Below are positions 45,130 to 56,033 of a stretch of DNA of 64,000 nucleotides, one piece after another. This stretch comes from a virus: the IMG/VR virus record IMGVR_UViG_3300042473_001368; one strand, 5' to 3'. A model generated the notes under the pieces. The model saw only the letters and a program-made list of their open reading frames with translations, had not been told where the DNA came from and made no database searches. The position numbers and the translations under genes were made by a program. Positions within the stretch are counted from its first letter, which is position 1. The number at the start of each line of letters is the position of its first letter.

Positions 45130-45753
45130 ATGTCTAAGAAAATTATAGAAGGTTATGTTAACTTGACCGGGTACTACCTCGAAGAACTTCCCGATTTCTT
45201 TAAGGATGTAAGTGTAGAAGGCGAGTTTTACTGTAACAAAAATCAATTAACTACGCTAGAAGGCTCGCCTCAAAGCGTAGGCGATCATTTTATATGTACT
45301 AGAAACCGTCTTATATCACTTAAAGGAGCTCCACAAAGAGTAGACGGTGATTTTTTATGCGGAGATAATCGCCTAACCTCACTTGAAGGAGTTCCACTGA
45401 TAATAGGTGGTGATTTTTCCTGTAATAGAAATCAATTAACTACACTCGAAGGCATATCTAAGAGTACTATAGGTGGCGGTTTTTTTTGCGGAGGTAATCA
45501 ACTAACATCGCTTGAAGGATCACCACCGGATATCAATGAATCGTTTAACTGTGAGTCAAATCGTCTTACCTCTCTCAAAGGAGGACCAGGGTATGTTGGA
45601 GGATCATTTATTTGTAGTAATAATAAACTTACTTCTCTGGAAGGTGCACCGCGTGTAGTTGATGGTGATTTCTATTGCAAAAATAATGACGTAAGGTTTA
45701 CAGTAAAACAAGTAAGATCAGTGTGCAGGGTAGAAGGTGATATATATGTCTAA
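45130..45753 (+). CDS. leucine-rich-repeat protein (N.L.SL.G.P..V.G.F.C repeats)
   Basis: About seven 22-aa repeats. Confidence 0.8.
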   Translation: MSKKIIEGYVNLTGYYLEELPDFFKDVSVEGEFYCNKNQLTTLEGSPQSVGDHFICTRNRLISLKGAPQRVDGDFLCGDNRLTSLEGVPLIIGGDFSCNRNQLTTLEGISKSTIGGGFFCGGNQLTSLEGSPPDINESFNCESNRLTSLKGGPGYVGGSFICSNNKLTSLEGAPRVVDGDFYCKNNDVRFTVKQVRSVCRVEGDIYV

Positions 45754-46273
45754 GAAAGTTATAGAAGGGAATGTAGATCTCAGTGATATTTGGGTGGACG
45801 AGCTTCCAGATTTCCTCGCTGTTGATGAGCTACAAGGCAATCTTAGAATTGATCAATATAAATACCCTTCACTTAGATCTCTTAAAAACTCTCCGATCTT
45901 GGTAAACGGTACAGTAGTAATCAATTCTACCAATATTAGAGATCTTCAAGGGTCACCTCAAATGATATTAGGCAATTTTGAACTAGATGCAAACACGGAG
46001 CTAGCTTCTCTCAAAGGTGCACCTCGTTATATCGCAGGTATTTTTTCTGTGCAGTTTTCTGAGCAGCTTAGATCTTTGGATCATGGATGGCCTGAGAAGG
46101 TTAAAGTGGGTAGAGGGTTCCAATTGCACTATTCTGGAGAAATGGATGCGTTTAGAGTAGATGATGTACTCAAATATTACGATGTTGATCCTAAGGATAT
46201 CTTTATAAACGACGCATACGAGGATCCAGATATGTATGACCTGGAAGATGGAGAGTACATTAACGAGTTGTAG
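45746..46273 (+). CDS. divergent LRR paralogue
   Basis: Same MSKK.IEG.V.L N-terminus, SLKGAP repeats. Confidence 0.72.
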   Translation: MSKKVIEGNVDLSDIWVDELPDFLAVDELQGNLRIDQYKYPSLRSLKNSPILVNGTVVINSTNIRDLQGSPQMILGNFELDANTELASLKGAPRYIAGIFSVQFSEQLRSLDHGWPEKVKVGRGFQLHYSGEMDAFRVDDVLKYYDVDPKDIFINDAYEDPDMYDLEDGEYINEL

Positions 46274-46367
46274 TTGAACTCTATGTGAACTACTCTATAA
46301 TATCTTTATGAATGCTGAAGGAGACCCTGGGAATGCCAAGGTCTCTTGAAGTTTATGAAGATAGGTA

Positions 46368-49054
46368 GTGATGAGAGAAGAAACATTAGAATCCAAGAGA
46401 CGCGGCATAAGTGAAGCTAATATTGTGACGAGTGATCTTATATTAGCCACTCTTCGGACAGACAGTGAATGGCTTGCAAATGTCTTAAGTGAAATGGTTA
46501 GCGGTGTAACGCAATATACACGGCTAGCAGGAAGCGAGCTACAAAATCATATAGCGCAGACACTGCAAAATTATTATGAATATGGCAAATAGAGAGCTAC
46601 AGGAAGAAGTAATTAGTAACAGCATAATCACAGCAATTATAGCAGATATGGATGCTCTTGCCGCAGAGCATCCTGACGAGTCACTTGTGATTCACAATAT
46701 TTTTATACCAGTTAACAATCAGGTCGGCTCAAGATTTCTAGCAGAAATTGAAGATAAAGTCTGGAACTATAGATATGGAAGACCTAAAGTTAAATAAGCG
46801 GCCACGGACTACTGAGTTTGAATCGTTTTATGATATGGTTCGCGCCGTACGTGATAACCTCTCCTGCGATCTCGACGACCCTAATTGGTGGCAAGATGTA
46901 TACACACTTTCGCAAATTGAGGCTGGTGTGCATAAAGTTACAGGTGCTATACGGTGGGAGCTTTCCTTAGATAAAACGAACTAGCGTATAATAGATATAC
47001 ACTGCAGGACTATGCATATTAATATTTACGACGAACTACTTACTCGCTGCGGAAACTCTGTGTATAGTTCTATATGGTGGCCTGTAGCAACCAACGTAAG
47101 AGATAAAATTCCTTCGGAAATGTGGGATTTTTATAAAACTACTATTATACGAGATGGTACAACTGGCTCATTAAGCAGAGAAGTAGATAATGAGGTAGGA
47201 AATTATGAATATTGAAACTATAATTGATTGTGATATCGGTCACAGATGTCGTACTGCATTTCGTCAAGAGCTTGAGAATATTTGCAAGGTCAACTTTGAT
47301 GGCCATGAGTATTACGGCCTTTATATTGAGCTGACATATGATATTGACACAGTTACTGACAGCCTATATTTTAATTTTGAAGACACCGCAGATAGCTATT
47401 ACTATGATTGATTTAGGTGAAGAGATAAGATACAAGATACAACTCTCAGCTCGTGACGCGATTACTTCAAAATTGATAGCAGTTAAGCATATGACATTTT
47501 CTGGTTATGGCATGGCTGATGATGAGATGTGGAATGAGATTATCTCGCCAATGACACGTCTTGCTACTGAGCTAAAGGTATGGGGAGAGATTGGACGATA
47601 TGAATATTGAACGCAAAATATATTATGACCCATGCAACTATAGTTGGGGTGATATACAAACAAACGCATTAAAACAAATTCGTAATACAAGAAGCATCGA
47701 GGATATCATGGTTGTGGTCTCGGGTGTTGAAGAGCTATGCGATGAAGTGAGAATGCAAAGCACGCTTGAACTTTTCATTGCTAATCACAATCCTGGTAAT
47801 ATACTAACAACAGAAAATGAAGAAGAACATCCACGGTGAGATTGAAGGCGAGTTGATGGATAATACTCAAGATGCATTATGCGAATTGAGAAGCAGTGTA
47901 TTTGGCAATGGCACATATATGAATAATCCCGTTCATATGCACTATCACGATACAATAAACAATCAGCTATTTCTACAAACAGTATGCACCATTAAACAAA
48001 AGCTTAATGCAGAATTTTTCAGTAGAGACATTGAAGGCATAGCAAAAATTATGAAACAAGCGCATGAAAGATTACAACGACCGCGTATTAGCAGAAGAAA
48101 TCGCTGATTTCGATAAATTCAGAAAAATCACTACAGCGATCTATAGTGCTTGGAACGATAGAGCAGATTATCGTGTATCTAATGCTGTGCTTGTAGGGGT
48201 ATTTGATGGTGTGAATCCGATACAACTTCTTTCATGCGTTGGTGCTAGTCTGAAATATTATGAATATTGAAAGTAAAATAGATTTTCATATGTGGGCTTC
48301 AATTCGAGGCCGTCTGCGCGACTCTTTGGAGAGTTTCATTGACCGGGATGTTGATTATTATGCTCAGCACGATGTGATCGATGAAGTCTTTGAGCCTGTG
48401 TGTCAATCTGCTGATGACAGTGTGAAGAATAGTGTGAGAACAGCAATAGAAGAATATGAATATTGAAAAGAAAATAGTTGATTCTGTGGTGGATGCTGCG
48501 TGCAATTCTGTGTATGGTGCTGTGTATACCAATGTATGTAATTCTGTATCTACTAATGCTAGACATCTCGGTTGGTTTTCTGTATATAGTGCTGTGTGGA
48601 ATCCAGTAGAAGATACTGTTAGTAGCAAAATAAACGAATATGAATACTGAAAAGGAAATATATGACTCAGTTCATGGCTCAGTTTGGAGCTCGGTTTATA
48701 GCTCAGTTCATGGCTCAGTTATTAACTCAGTTCATGACTCAGTTCATGGTTCAGTTTATGGCTCAGTTTATATCTCAGTTTATGACTCAATTTATGGCTC
48801 AATTGACAATGCAATAAACGGATATGAATATTAAAAACGAATTAACAAACTCATGCAATAGTGTGTCAATGAAAGTAGAATTAGATCTTTATAATAGCGT
48901 AAGTAATTGCGCTACACTTACATCAGTGACAACTGTTAAGCTTGCTCTTGTGCATGATCTTTGCAAGGTAATGAATTATGCATCGCCGATTAGTGTAAAA
49001 CACGCTGTAGATAGTGAAATAGAACAATATAGATACAATGCAATTGGGTCCTGA
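46368..49054 (+). repeat. MNIE..YEY cassette cluster 2: about 12 overlapping 60-100 aa ORFs (e.g. 46576, 46775, 47012, 47205, 47404, 47600, 47817, 48064, 48260, 48456, 48640, 48824)
   Basis: Junctions ATGAATA(T/C)T(G/A)A at 47205, 47600, 48260, 48456, 48640, 48824. Confidence 0.75.
48640..48834 (+). CDS. SVxx tetrapeptide-repeat small protein
   Basis: 12 tandem 12-bp units (NNC)TCAGTT(NNN). Confidence 0.75.
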   Translation: MNTEKEIYDSVHGSVWSSVYSSVHGSVINSVHDSVHGSVYGSVYISVYDSIYGSIDNAINGYEY

Positions 49055-49075
49055 AAGACTAAATAGAGCTATAAG

Positions 49076-50569
49076 ATGAAGCCATTCAGAGATTATTTTC
49101 GTAACTATATTATTCTTAACGAATTCACGCAAGCAACTATTGATAAGCTCGTGAAGAAGTTCGAGAAGGATGCTCCTAAAGAAGAAATAGAGCGCGAACT
49201 AAGAGACTTTGAGAAGTATAAAACCAGTCTCGAGCTTAAAGATCCATTCCAATACAAGACATGGGTAGACTTAACACAAGCTGTTCATGGCGCCAAAGGT
49301 AAATCGCAATTCAAAAAGAAAAAGCCACAGAAGCAAGGCGAATCAAAGTATCAAGACAAAGGTACAGATATCCTTGCAGAGGATGATAATGTAATCATCT
49401 ATAGCGGTGACACGCAAGACAAGTGCGTTCTATTAGGGAATGGCTATCCATTCTGTATCTCTAGACCAGTTGGTGGTAATATGTTCAATGACTATAGATT
49501 AACAAAAGAATCGTCGTTCTATTTCATCTTCTTCAAGAATAAGCCAAGAAGTGCGAGAGACCATATTATGGTATTGGATCACACAGCCAATGGCTATGAG
49601 TGGACCTTTGCTGAGAATGATACACAGAAGGTAAGAGGAGGTTGGGATACAATTATAGACAGGTATCCAGAACTAGAACCATACGAAGATCTCTTTGAAC
49701 AACGACCTCTTACAAAAGAAGAGTACGACTTAAGTAGAAGAATCGATATGTTTACAAGCTTCGGTAACCAAAATCCAGAAGAGTTTGAAAGAGCCTTCAA
49801 GTATGAAGAGCGACCTACTGCGTTGAAGCAGATGTTTTCTCTGATGAATGATAAGTTGTGGAATTCTTTGGATTCATTTTTAAGAAATGAGTTCTTAGGT
49901 ACAGGCCCTAACCTTACAAAACATATGATTGACTCTCTAAAACCAAATGAGAGAGAATATTATAAGAAGAGACGCGATCTTATTATGACTCAGACACTAG
50001 GACGTTTGGATCCTGATGATCCTGATTCAGCAGATGTAATATACAATATCGAAGTAAACGAGCTTGATTCTGATCAAACAATTGATTTTCTACTCGAACA
50101 CGACTCAGGCCAGGAACTTATCTATAACTATCTCATGAAGAAGGTGCAGCATGGCGCATCATATAAAGACCTTCCTGAAGGTATTATTTACGAGCTATTG
50201 ATATCGAAAAGATTTGGCTACAATACCGCACGCTATATTGTTGGCTTGAAGAATCTCGACGCGGATATGTTAGACAGCGTATTCGATAATATAGACTCTG
50301 CTGATGCCACAGCATATGCAACAGAGATACTAAAAGGTAAAAATATACCAGCTAAGCTCATTGATAAGATAAAACAAACTAGGTATGGTGTATCGAGCTT
50401 TGCTGATTATTATAAGAAAGTACTTAACCTACCGGCATCTGAACTACCACCGTTGCTATTGCAGTATGCAATGCGCGATGCTAAGGTAGCGGAGGAGATC
50501 TACGCTGTATATGGCGGTAAGGGGCTTCCAGAAGGTATAGTAAACCGCGTAAAAAGTTATCATTACTAA
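49076..50569 (+). CDS. 497-aa hypothetical late protein inserted in the cassette array
   Basis: TAAATA upstream, terminator downstream, MKPFRDYF...LNE N-terminus. Confidence 0.75.
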   Translation: MKPFRDYFRNYIILNEFTQATIDKLVKKFEKDAPKEEIERELRDFEKYKTSLELKDPFQYKTWVDLTQAVHGAKGKSQFKKKKPQKQGESKYQDKGTDILAEDDNVIIYSGDTQDKCVLLGNGYPFCISRPVGGNMFNDYRLTKESSFYFIFFKNKPRSARDHIMVLDHTANGYEWTFAENDTQKVRGGWDTIIDRYPELEPYEDLFEQRPLTKEEYDLSRRIDMFTSFGNQNPEEFERAFKYEERPTALKQMFSLMNDKLWNSLDSFLRNEFLGTGPNLTKHMIDSLKPNEREYYKKRRDLIMTQTLGRLDPDDPDSADVIYNIEVNELDSDQTIDFLLEHDSGQELIYNYLMKKVQHGASYKDLPEGIIYELLISKRFGYNTARYIVGLKNLDADMLDSVFDNIDSADATAYATEILKGKNIPAKLIDKIKQTRYGVSSFADYYKKVLNLPASELPPLLLQYAMRDAKVAEEIYAVYGGKGLPEGIVNRVKSYHY

Positions 50570-50588
50570 GGGAGTCAAATAGTGAGAT

Positions 50589-50625
50589 AAAGAGAGCCTA
50601 TAGAAATATAGGCTCTTTTCTTTTT
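50589..50625 (+). terminator. intrinsic terminator
   Basis: agagcctata-gaaa-tataggctct plus T run. Confidence 0.85.
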
Positions 50626-50840
50626 AACGAACTAGTGTATAATATAATGAAGGGGTATGTATAATAAAATTGACAAGGTAGCAGAGATGATAGAATCTCC
50701 GCCATATTCTCAGGTGAGATCTTGTGTTTTTAGTTGCATAGATGGTGCTGTAAAACAGGATGCGTGGCATTATGTAGTTGCTAACACGCATAACGCAACA
50801 TTCTCTGTAAGAGCTTCTGTTTACGAATCAATTAGGGAAT

Positions 50841-51059
50841 ATGAATATTGAAAAGAAAATAGATGTTTCAGTTTGGAGCTCAGTTTGGGGCTCAGTTTAT
50901 AGCTCGGTTAATGGCTCAGTTAGGAGCTCAGTTTGGACCTCAGTTTGGACCTCAGTTGATAGCTCAGTTAATAACTCAGTTTATGACTCAGTTATTAACT
51001 CAGTTTGGGACTCAGTTTGGAGCTCAGTTGATAATACAATAAAGGAATATGAATATTGA
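50841..51059 (+). CDS. SVxx tetrapeptide-repeat small protein
   Basis: 14 tandem TCAGTT-containing 12-bp units. Confidence 0.75.
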   Translation: MNIEKKIDVSVWSSVWGSVYSSVNGSVRSSVWTSVWTSVDSSVNNSVYDSVINSVWDSVWSSVDNTIKEYEY

Positions 51060-52052
51060 AAAGGAACTAAGGGATAATATTGCGAGATATGTAAATCATG
51101 CTGTGTATATTTCAGTATATAGTCGTATATACGACTCAGCGCCTGAAGTTGAAACAGATGTATATTTTAGGGTACGACTTTCTGTAGGCGATATAGTGAC
51201 GAGTTCGCTCAAGGGTAATACATCAACGCATATTGAAAACTATAGCTATAAGAAGTAAAATGAGCGCACCAGTAGAATATATTGTTGGGAACTGTACCTA
51301 TGGTATTATTGATAATGTAGTATATAATCAAATAATAGTAATATGTGGAGACGCTATTGAGAGAGATCCTTCTATTGTTATTTGGGAGGAGTTCTATAAA
51401 AGTGTGAACGACTCTACAAGTGGCAGTTTACGTAGAACTATTGCTACTAACATTATCAACTATGAATATTAAAAATGAGGTATATGACGATGTATGTCTT
51501 AATGTAGATTACCCTTTGCGGGAAGAGCTAGGTGATTTTTTGTTAGGTTGTGTAAGCAGTGCCGCGTATAACTCTGCGTGGTATTCGTTGTGGGAGTCTT
51601 TACGAGATCCAACAATCAGTCCGCAGAGTTGTACCGATGATGTAGTAGGTGAATATGAATATTGATAGCGAAATACACTATAATGTACGAGACACGGTAA
51701 GGTCTTCTGTAGGCCATGCACTTTGGGATTCTGTGAGCGATATTATTACTCTCCATGTTACATGCTCATTGAGTGCTCCTCTGAGGAATAAGGTTGATGA
51801 TATTGTAAGCGTTGTAAGTGATACTGTATACACAGCAATATATGAAACAAATGAATATTGAAAAGGAAATATGGGAGAGAGCGTGCGAGGGCGAGTGGCA
51901 TTCAGTATCTCAGACTGTGTGGAAAGCTACTCTTCGTAATAATCTAATGGCTAATTGTTTGGTGTCAGAAACTGTACGAAGTGTTGAGTATGCAGTGCGA
52001 GATTCTTTGCAGTCTTCTGTAGAGCAAGCTGTTGATAATACAATAAAGGAAT

Positions 52053-52247
52053 ATGGATATTGAAAAGGAAATAGATCGCTCAGTTGGTGTTACAGTTTTT
52101 GACTCAGTTAGTGTCTCAGTTTGGAGCTCGGTTTATAGCTCAGTTCATGGCTCAGTTTGGAACTCGGTTAGTAACTCAATTTATGGCTCAGTTGGCGTCT
52201 CAGTTTGGGACTCAGTTGATGATACAATAGCAGGATATGAATATTGA
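52053..52247 (+). CDS. SVxx tetrapeptide-repeat small protein
   Basis: 12 tandem 12-bp units. Confidence 0.75.
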   Translation: MDIEKEIDRSVGVTVFDSVSVSVWSSVYSSVHGSVWNSVSNSIYGSVGVSVWDSVDDTIAGYEY

Positions 52248-52431
52248 AAAGGAAATAGATGACTCAGTTTATGACTCAGTTTATGACTCAGTTTGCGACT
52301 CAGTTAGTGACTCAGTTGGTGCCTCAGTTCATGGCTCAGTTATTAACTCAGTTCGTAGCTCAGTTTGGGGCTCAGTTCATATCTCAGTTAGGAACTCAGT
52401 TGATAATACAATAAAGGAATATGAATATTGA
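52237..52431 (+). CDS. SVxx tetrapeptide-repeat small protein
   Basis: 12 tandem 12-bp units. Confidence 0.75.
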   Translation: MNIEKEIDDSVYDSVYDSVCDSVSDSVGASVHGSVINSVRSSVWGSVHISVRNSVDNTIKEYEY

Positions 52432-54292
52432 AACGGAGATAAAAGAAATTACAAGAAATTCCGTGTTTATGAGTGTATATTGCAAGATACACTCGTGTGC
52501 TCATAGTAATATAGCTAAACAAGTTTTACAAGACACTTACATACTGAGTCAAAGGGTGTATGATAGCGCACGGGTAACTGCTATAAAAACCGAAGAACAC
52601 AAAAACAATATAAATGAAAGATATTAACCTCATTGTAGACTTCCGTATATCTAGTAAAGAACACATTGCAACATTAACTATAGCACGCTCTATAGAAAAC
52701 GCTGTCGAGTATGGTGTATGGTCGAGTGCGTGGATAGGAGTAAAAGCACCTGTGCGTGATACTGTAGGCGAATTTTCGACTGTAATAGATCCATTTCTAC
52801 GCCCTAGAGCTGTTAAAACCGTACAATTTTAGTGTAAAAGATTGTAAAAATAACCAAAAGTTTTTACAAAAGTTTTATGAAATAATGCGCATGAAGTTAT
52901 AATAAGCCTATAAAGCTCAAAGGAAAAGGAAGATATATGGAAAGAGGAAATATAGAAATATAAGGAACCAGGATAAAATATATTGAATGAAGGGAGCGAA
53001 ATATGGATATTGCAATAGAAATATTGTATCGTGAGTTCGAAAACAGCATTGAATGGCGTACCGGTATATTCGAAAATTTAGAAAGAAATACAGAGCGTGA
53101 AATAATAAATTATGTGCAAAGCAATAGTTGGTATAATTCAGAAACATCACAACTCACACGAGATCTAAAAGAAAAAATATATGCCGCGTTTTGATAATGA
53201 AGAAGAATGGTTCAAAGCGTGGAGTACTTTGAATGGTGCATGCGCAGTTCAATTGCATAAGTGTATTCATGACTCGATGACGCTCATGACGAGAAACAAT
53301 ATAAAAGTTAATGTGCAGAATACTGTAGGGAGAATTACGAATACTATAAAATATGGACACTCTGAGAAATACCAAGATTAACAACTATGGAACCGTTTAA
53401 AACACCTTACTTTGATTCACCATTTTACGCGTTGTACGATATCAATAACACTATGGAAAGAGAAATATACGCTATCCTCGATACAAAGGTATCATTCATA
53501 GTGCGCTTAACAGTACTTGATAATGTTAGATTTATGCTATCACGTCCGCACGATAGCATTCATAATAGTATACACGACGCTATGCACGAATACTTTAAAA
53601 CCACCACGGCAAAATAATTTACACGACGCGCTGAGAGCAACCTCGTGCTATAACGAACTATAATATAACGAGTGATATGAAAGAACTATATGATTACTGT
53701 GGGTATACTATGTACGATACAATGAGCAAAAGCTTGCTTGAGAGTACTGGTAGCGCTGCGTGGTATGATGTAAGAGATGATGTGTATACTTCTGTGCTAG
53801 ATGTAATGCGACGCACTGTGGAGAATACTGTAGCAAGCGCGATTTATGAATATGAATATTGAAGGGCATTTATATGATATAACCCGGCGCAAAACCTATA
53901 TCAATATAGTCGACCAGCTTTTCGATAAAATATCGAAACCTGTGTTTAGTAGAGTAACAGACGACACTTGGACGCAAGTAGAGATTCCAGTAGGTAACGT
54001 AGTATGGAGCCAGTTGTATGATAATATAGCAAGCACACTTTATGAATACAAGTACTGATATAAAGCAAATCTTAGTTGGTCCAAGCAGCGAGGTATGCGA
54101 CGCAACATGGAACACCCTTTGCACCTCTTTGAATGTCGAGTCTCTCAAAAAGATTGGTAGTGCTTACGAATCAAAAAAAGCGGTAATTGGCGGCGTAAAT
54201 GCAGGGGTGGTTCGGGAGTTGGAAGGAATCCGGAGAATGGGTTTCAGTGTGGACGAGGTTATTGATAACGAACCTCAGTATAATATAGGAGT

Positions 54293-54586
54293 ATGAGTGA
54301 TGTAATGTTACACGGTGTGCTGAATATGTCGCCTGAATTGTGGAGCGATAGTCCTATTGATATCGCTCAGAGACACGCGCGATATGTAGAAGCTTCGAAG
54401 CGTATTTTAGAACTCGAGGAAGATGCCGCGAACCAGCGCAGACTTGCAGACTTAGCGCTAGCGCACAGAGATATAATCATCAAGGAACGCGATACACTGG
54501 AGACAGCTCTTAAAGAAATAAAAATGTATCAGTATTTGATTATGCCACAATGCCAGAAGAAGCTCGAAGAAAATATCGCGAGATAG
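54293..54586 (+). CDS. hypothetical protein
   Basis: 97 aa after an early promoter. Confidence 0.6.
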   Translation: MSDVMLHGVLNMSPELWSDSPIDIAQRHARYVEASKRILELEEDAANQRRLADLALAHRDIIIKERDTLETALKEIKMYQYLIMPQCQKKLEENIAR

Positions 54587-54646
54587 TTTTAGGTATAGCA
54601 GATAAAGCCCTCGCCGAGCTAAAAGGAACCTCAATACAATAACGAC

Positions 54647-54871
54647 ATGAACGACAACGAACTCGTACACGTAGGCGACATCTTTATTAAAAACGACTCT
54701 GGCGATATTTACAGAGTCAAGAAAATTTTGAACGGCGAGATTTTTCCAGATGATCCTTTCTTCAAGGTTGCGTCGCTTATTGATAATCCCGAGCAGGATA
54801 TTTCTGGTGGATTTACCCTATTTCAAGCGCGCGAAGCTAAGCTCCAACTCTATAAACCTGCAAGCTTCTAA
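54647..54871 (+). CDS. hypothetical protein
   Basis: ATG 6 nt after TACAAT. Confidence 0.6.
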   Translation: MNDNELVHVGDIFIKNDSGDIYRVKKILNGEIFPDDPFFKVASLIDNPEQDISGGFTLFQAREAKLQLYKPASF

Positions 54872-54900
54872 CTAAACGAACCTCAGTATAATATAGGAGT

Positions 54901-55155
54901 ATGAACATGACTTACTGTATGTGGCACAACACGAATCAAGACCTGCAACAACTCGTTAATGACCTGCAGGACGCTCTTGATGAAGGTATTCCTTTGAGTG
55001 CGTATATCGAGGAACGCGGCTCTGTTGATGAACGCTATGCAATCAAAGGAGTGCGTAGAAAATGTCAAGAGCTCTTAGATATCCTTGGCACTATGGAATC
55101 TATCGAAGAAGAGCTTATGGAGGACACTGTGACCTTCAACGAATCCAACGACTAA
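54901..55155 (+). CDS. hypothetical protein, paralogue of 55443-55688
   Basis: Y.MW.NT...L.QL, DEG..L..YI..R.S..ER.A. Confidence 0.7.
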   Translation: MNMTYCMWHNTNQDLQQLVNDLQDALDEGIPLSAYIEERGSVDERYAIKGVRRKCQELLDILGTMESIEEELMEDTVTFNESND

Positions 55156-55180
55156 ACGAACCTCGGTATAATATAGGAGT

Positions 55181-55414
55181 ATGAAAATTGTATTTGAAAA
55201 AGAAGATCAGAACAGCAAGCATTTGACATTCAATGATGTAGAAATGAATCAATTCTTTGTATGCGGCGATGGCCATCTGTGTCAAAAGGTCAGTATGAAT
55301 CTCTACAATACCATCGCTGACGAGCGTGGCAAGCTATGCTGTGATAGGTTTTCATGCAGCACTGATTATGTTATTAGACGCATCATTCCGAATATCGCGA
55401 AGATTGAATTTTGA
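55181..55414 (+). CDS. hypothetical protein, paralogue of 37838-38071
   Basis: Shared motifs. Confidence 0.7.
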   Translation: MKIVFEKEDQNSKHLTFNDVEMNQFFVCGDGHLCQKVSMNLYNTIADERGKLCCDRFSCSTDYVIRRIIPNIAKIEF

Positions 55415-55442
55415 TCATAACGAACTCTAATAGACTAAGCAC

Positions 55443-55688
55443 ATGATTAACAGCATCAATCCTGACTCCTACATGTGGCGTAATACTGCATCAGCTCTCA
55501 AGCAGCTCTTAGACAACATCGCTACTGCATATGCCGACGAGGGAATGAACCTCGATGAGTATATCGCATCGCGCAAATCTGATGGTGAACGACAAGCTGT
55601 TCGTATTGTATTCGGCTTAGTAGACGAGCTCGTTGAGGAACTTCAGTGCATGGAAGAAGCGCCTGTAAATTTTCTCGCCAAGCGATAA
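55443..55688 (+). CDS. hypothetical protein, paralogue of 54901-55155
   Basis: Shared motifs. Confidence 0.68.
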   Translation: MINSINPDSYMWRNTASALKQLLDNIATAYADEGMNLDEYIASRKSDGERQAVRIVFGLVDELVEELQCMEEAPVNFLAKR

Positions 55689-55713
55689 TAACGAACCTCG
55701 ATATAATATCATC

Positions 55714-55893
55714 ATGAGCAATCAACAATTCTATTCTTACTGGGCAACTGTAATTGATCAAATGCCTGATGATATCCTCGAGGAGACTGTTCGCATGATC
55801 AACTCGCGGCAACAAATTGGAATACAGGAGATGCTCCGTAATGAACTAGGGTATCGTAACCAGACGGAGATCATAATGGACAACGAAGACTAA
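55714..55893 (+). CDS. hypothetical protein
   Basis: MSNQQFYSYW..., ATG 6 nt after TATAAT. Confidence 0.55.
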   Translation: MSNQQFYSYWATVIDQMPDDILEETVRMINSRQQIGIQEMLRNELGYRNQTEIIMDNED

Positions 55894-55899
55894 CTCAAC

Positions 55900-56001
55900 A
55901 AGTGTGTGGTGTAATGGTAGCACAACCCAAGCAAAGGGCTTCTTGTCCGATAGGATAGGTGGAGTTTCATCGAGGCGCAGGTTCGATTCCTGCCACACTT
56001 A
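55900..56001 (+). ncRNA. tRNA-scaffold RNA with a branched centre
   Basis: aagtgtg/cacactt acceptor, TGGTGTAATGGTAGCAC D arm, gcagg-TTCGATT-cctgc T arm; ~50-nt branched centre. Confidence 0.65.
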
Positions 56002-56033
56002 CTCGGCATTACGAACATCATTACAATAACAAC

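Larger units (their letters stand above)
50657..54296 (+). repeat. MNIE..YEY cassette cluster 3: about 17 small ORFs
   Basis: Junctions at 50841, 51049, 51462, 51655, 51851, 52053, 52237, 52421, 53852; variants at 52614, 53003, 54042. Confidence 0.78.

Noticed and set aside
48640-52431. CRISPR array interpretation of the CTCAGTT repeats
   Set aside because: Units are 12 bp with only 5-6 variable nt, stay in frame within ORFs, and have no spacer-length unique sequence or cas operon.
46368-54296. Integron
   Set aside because: No attC-like palindromes between cassettes and no tyrosine integrase in the window; ORFs overlap directly.
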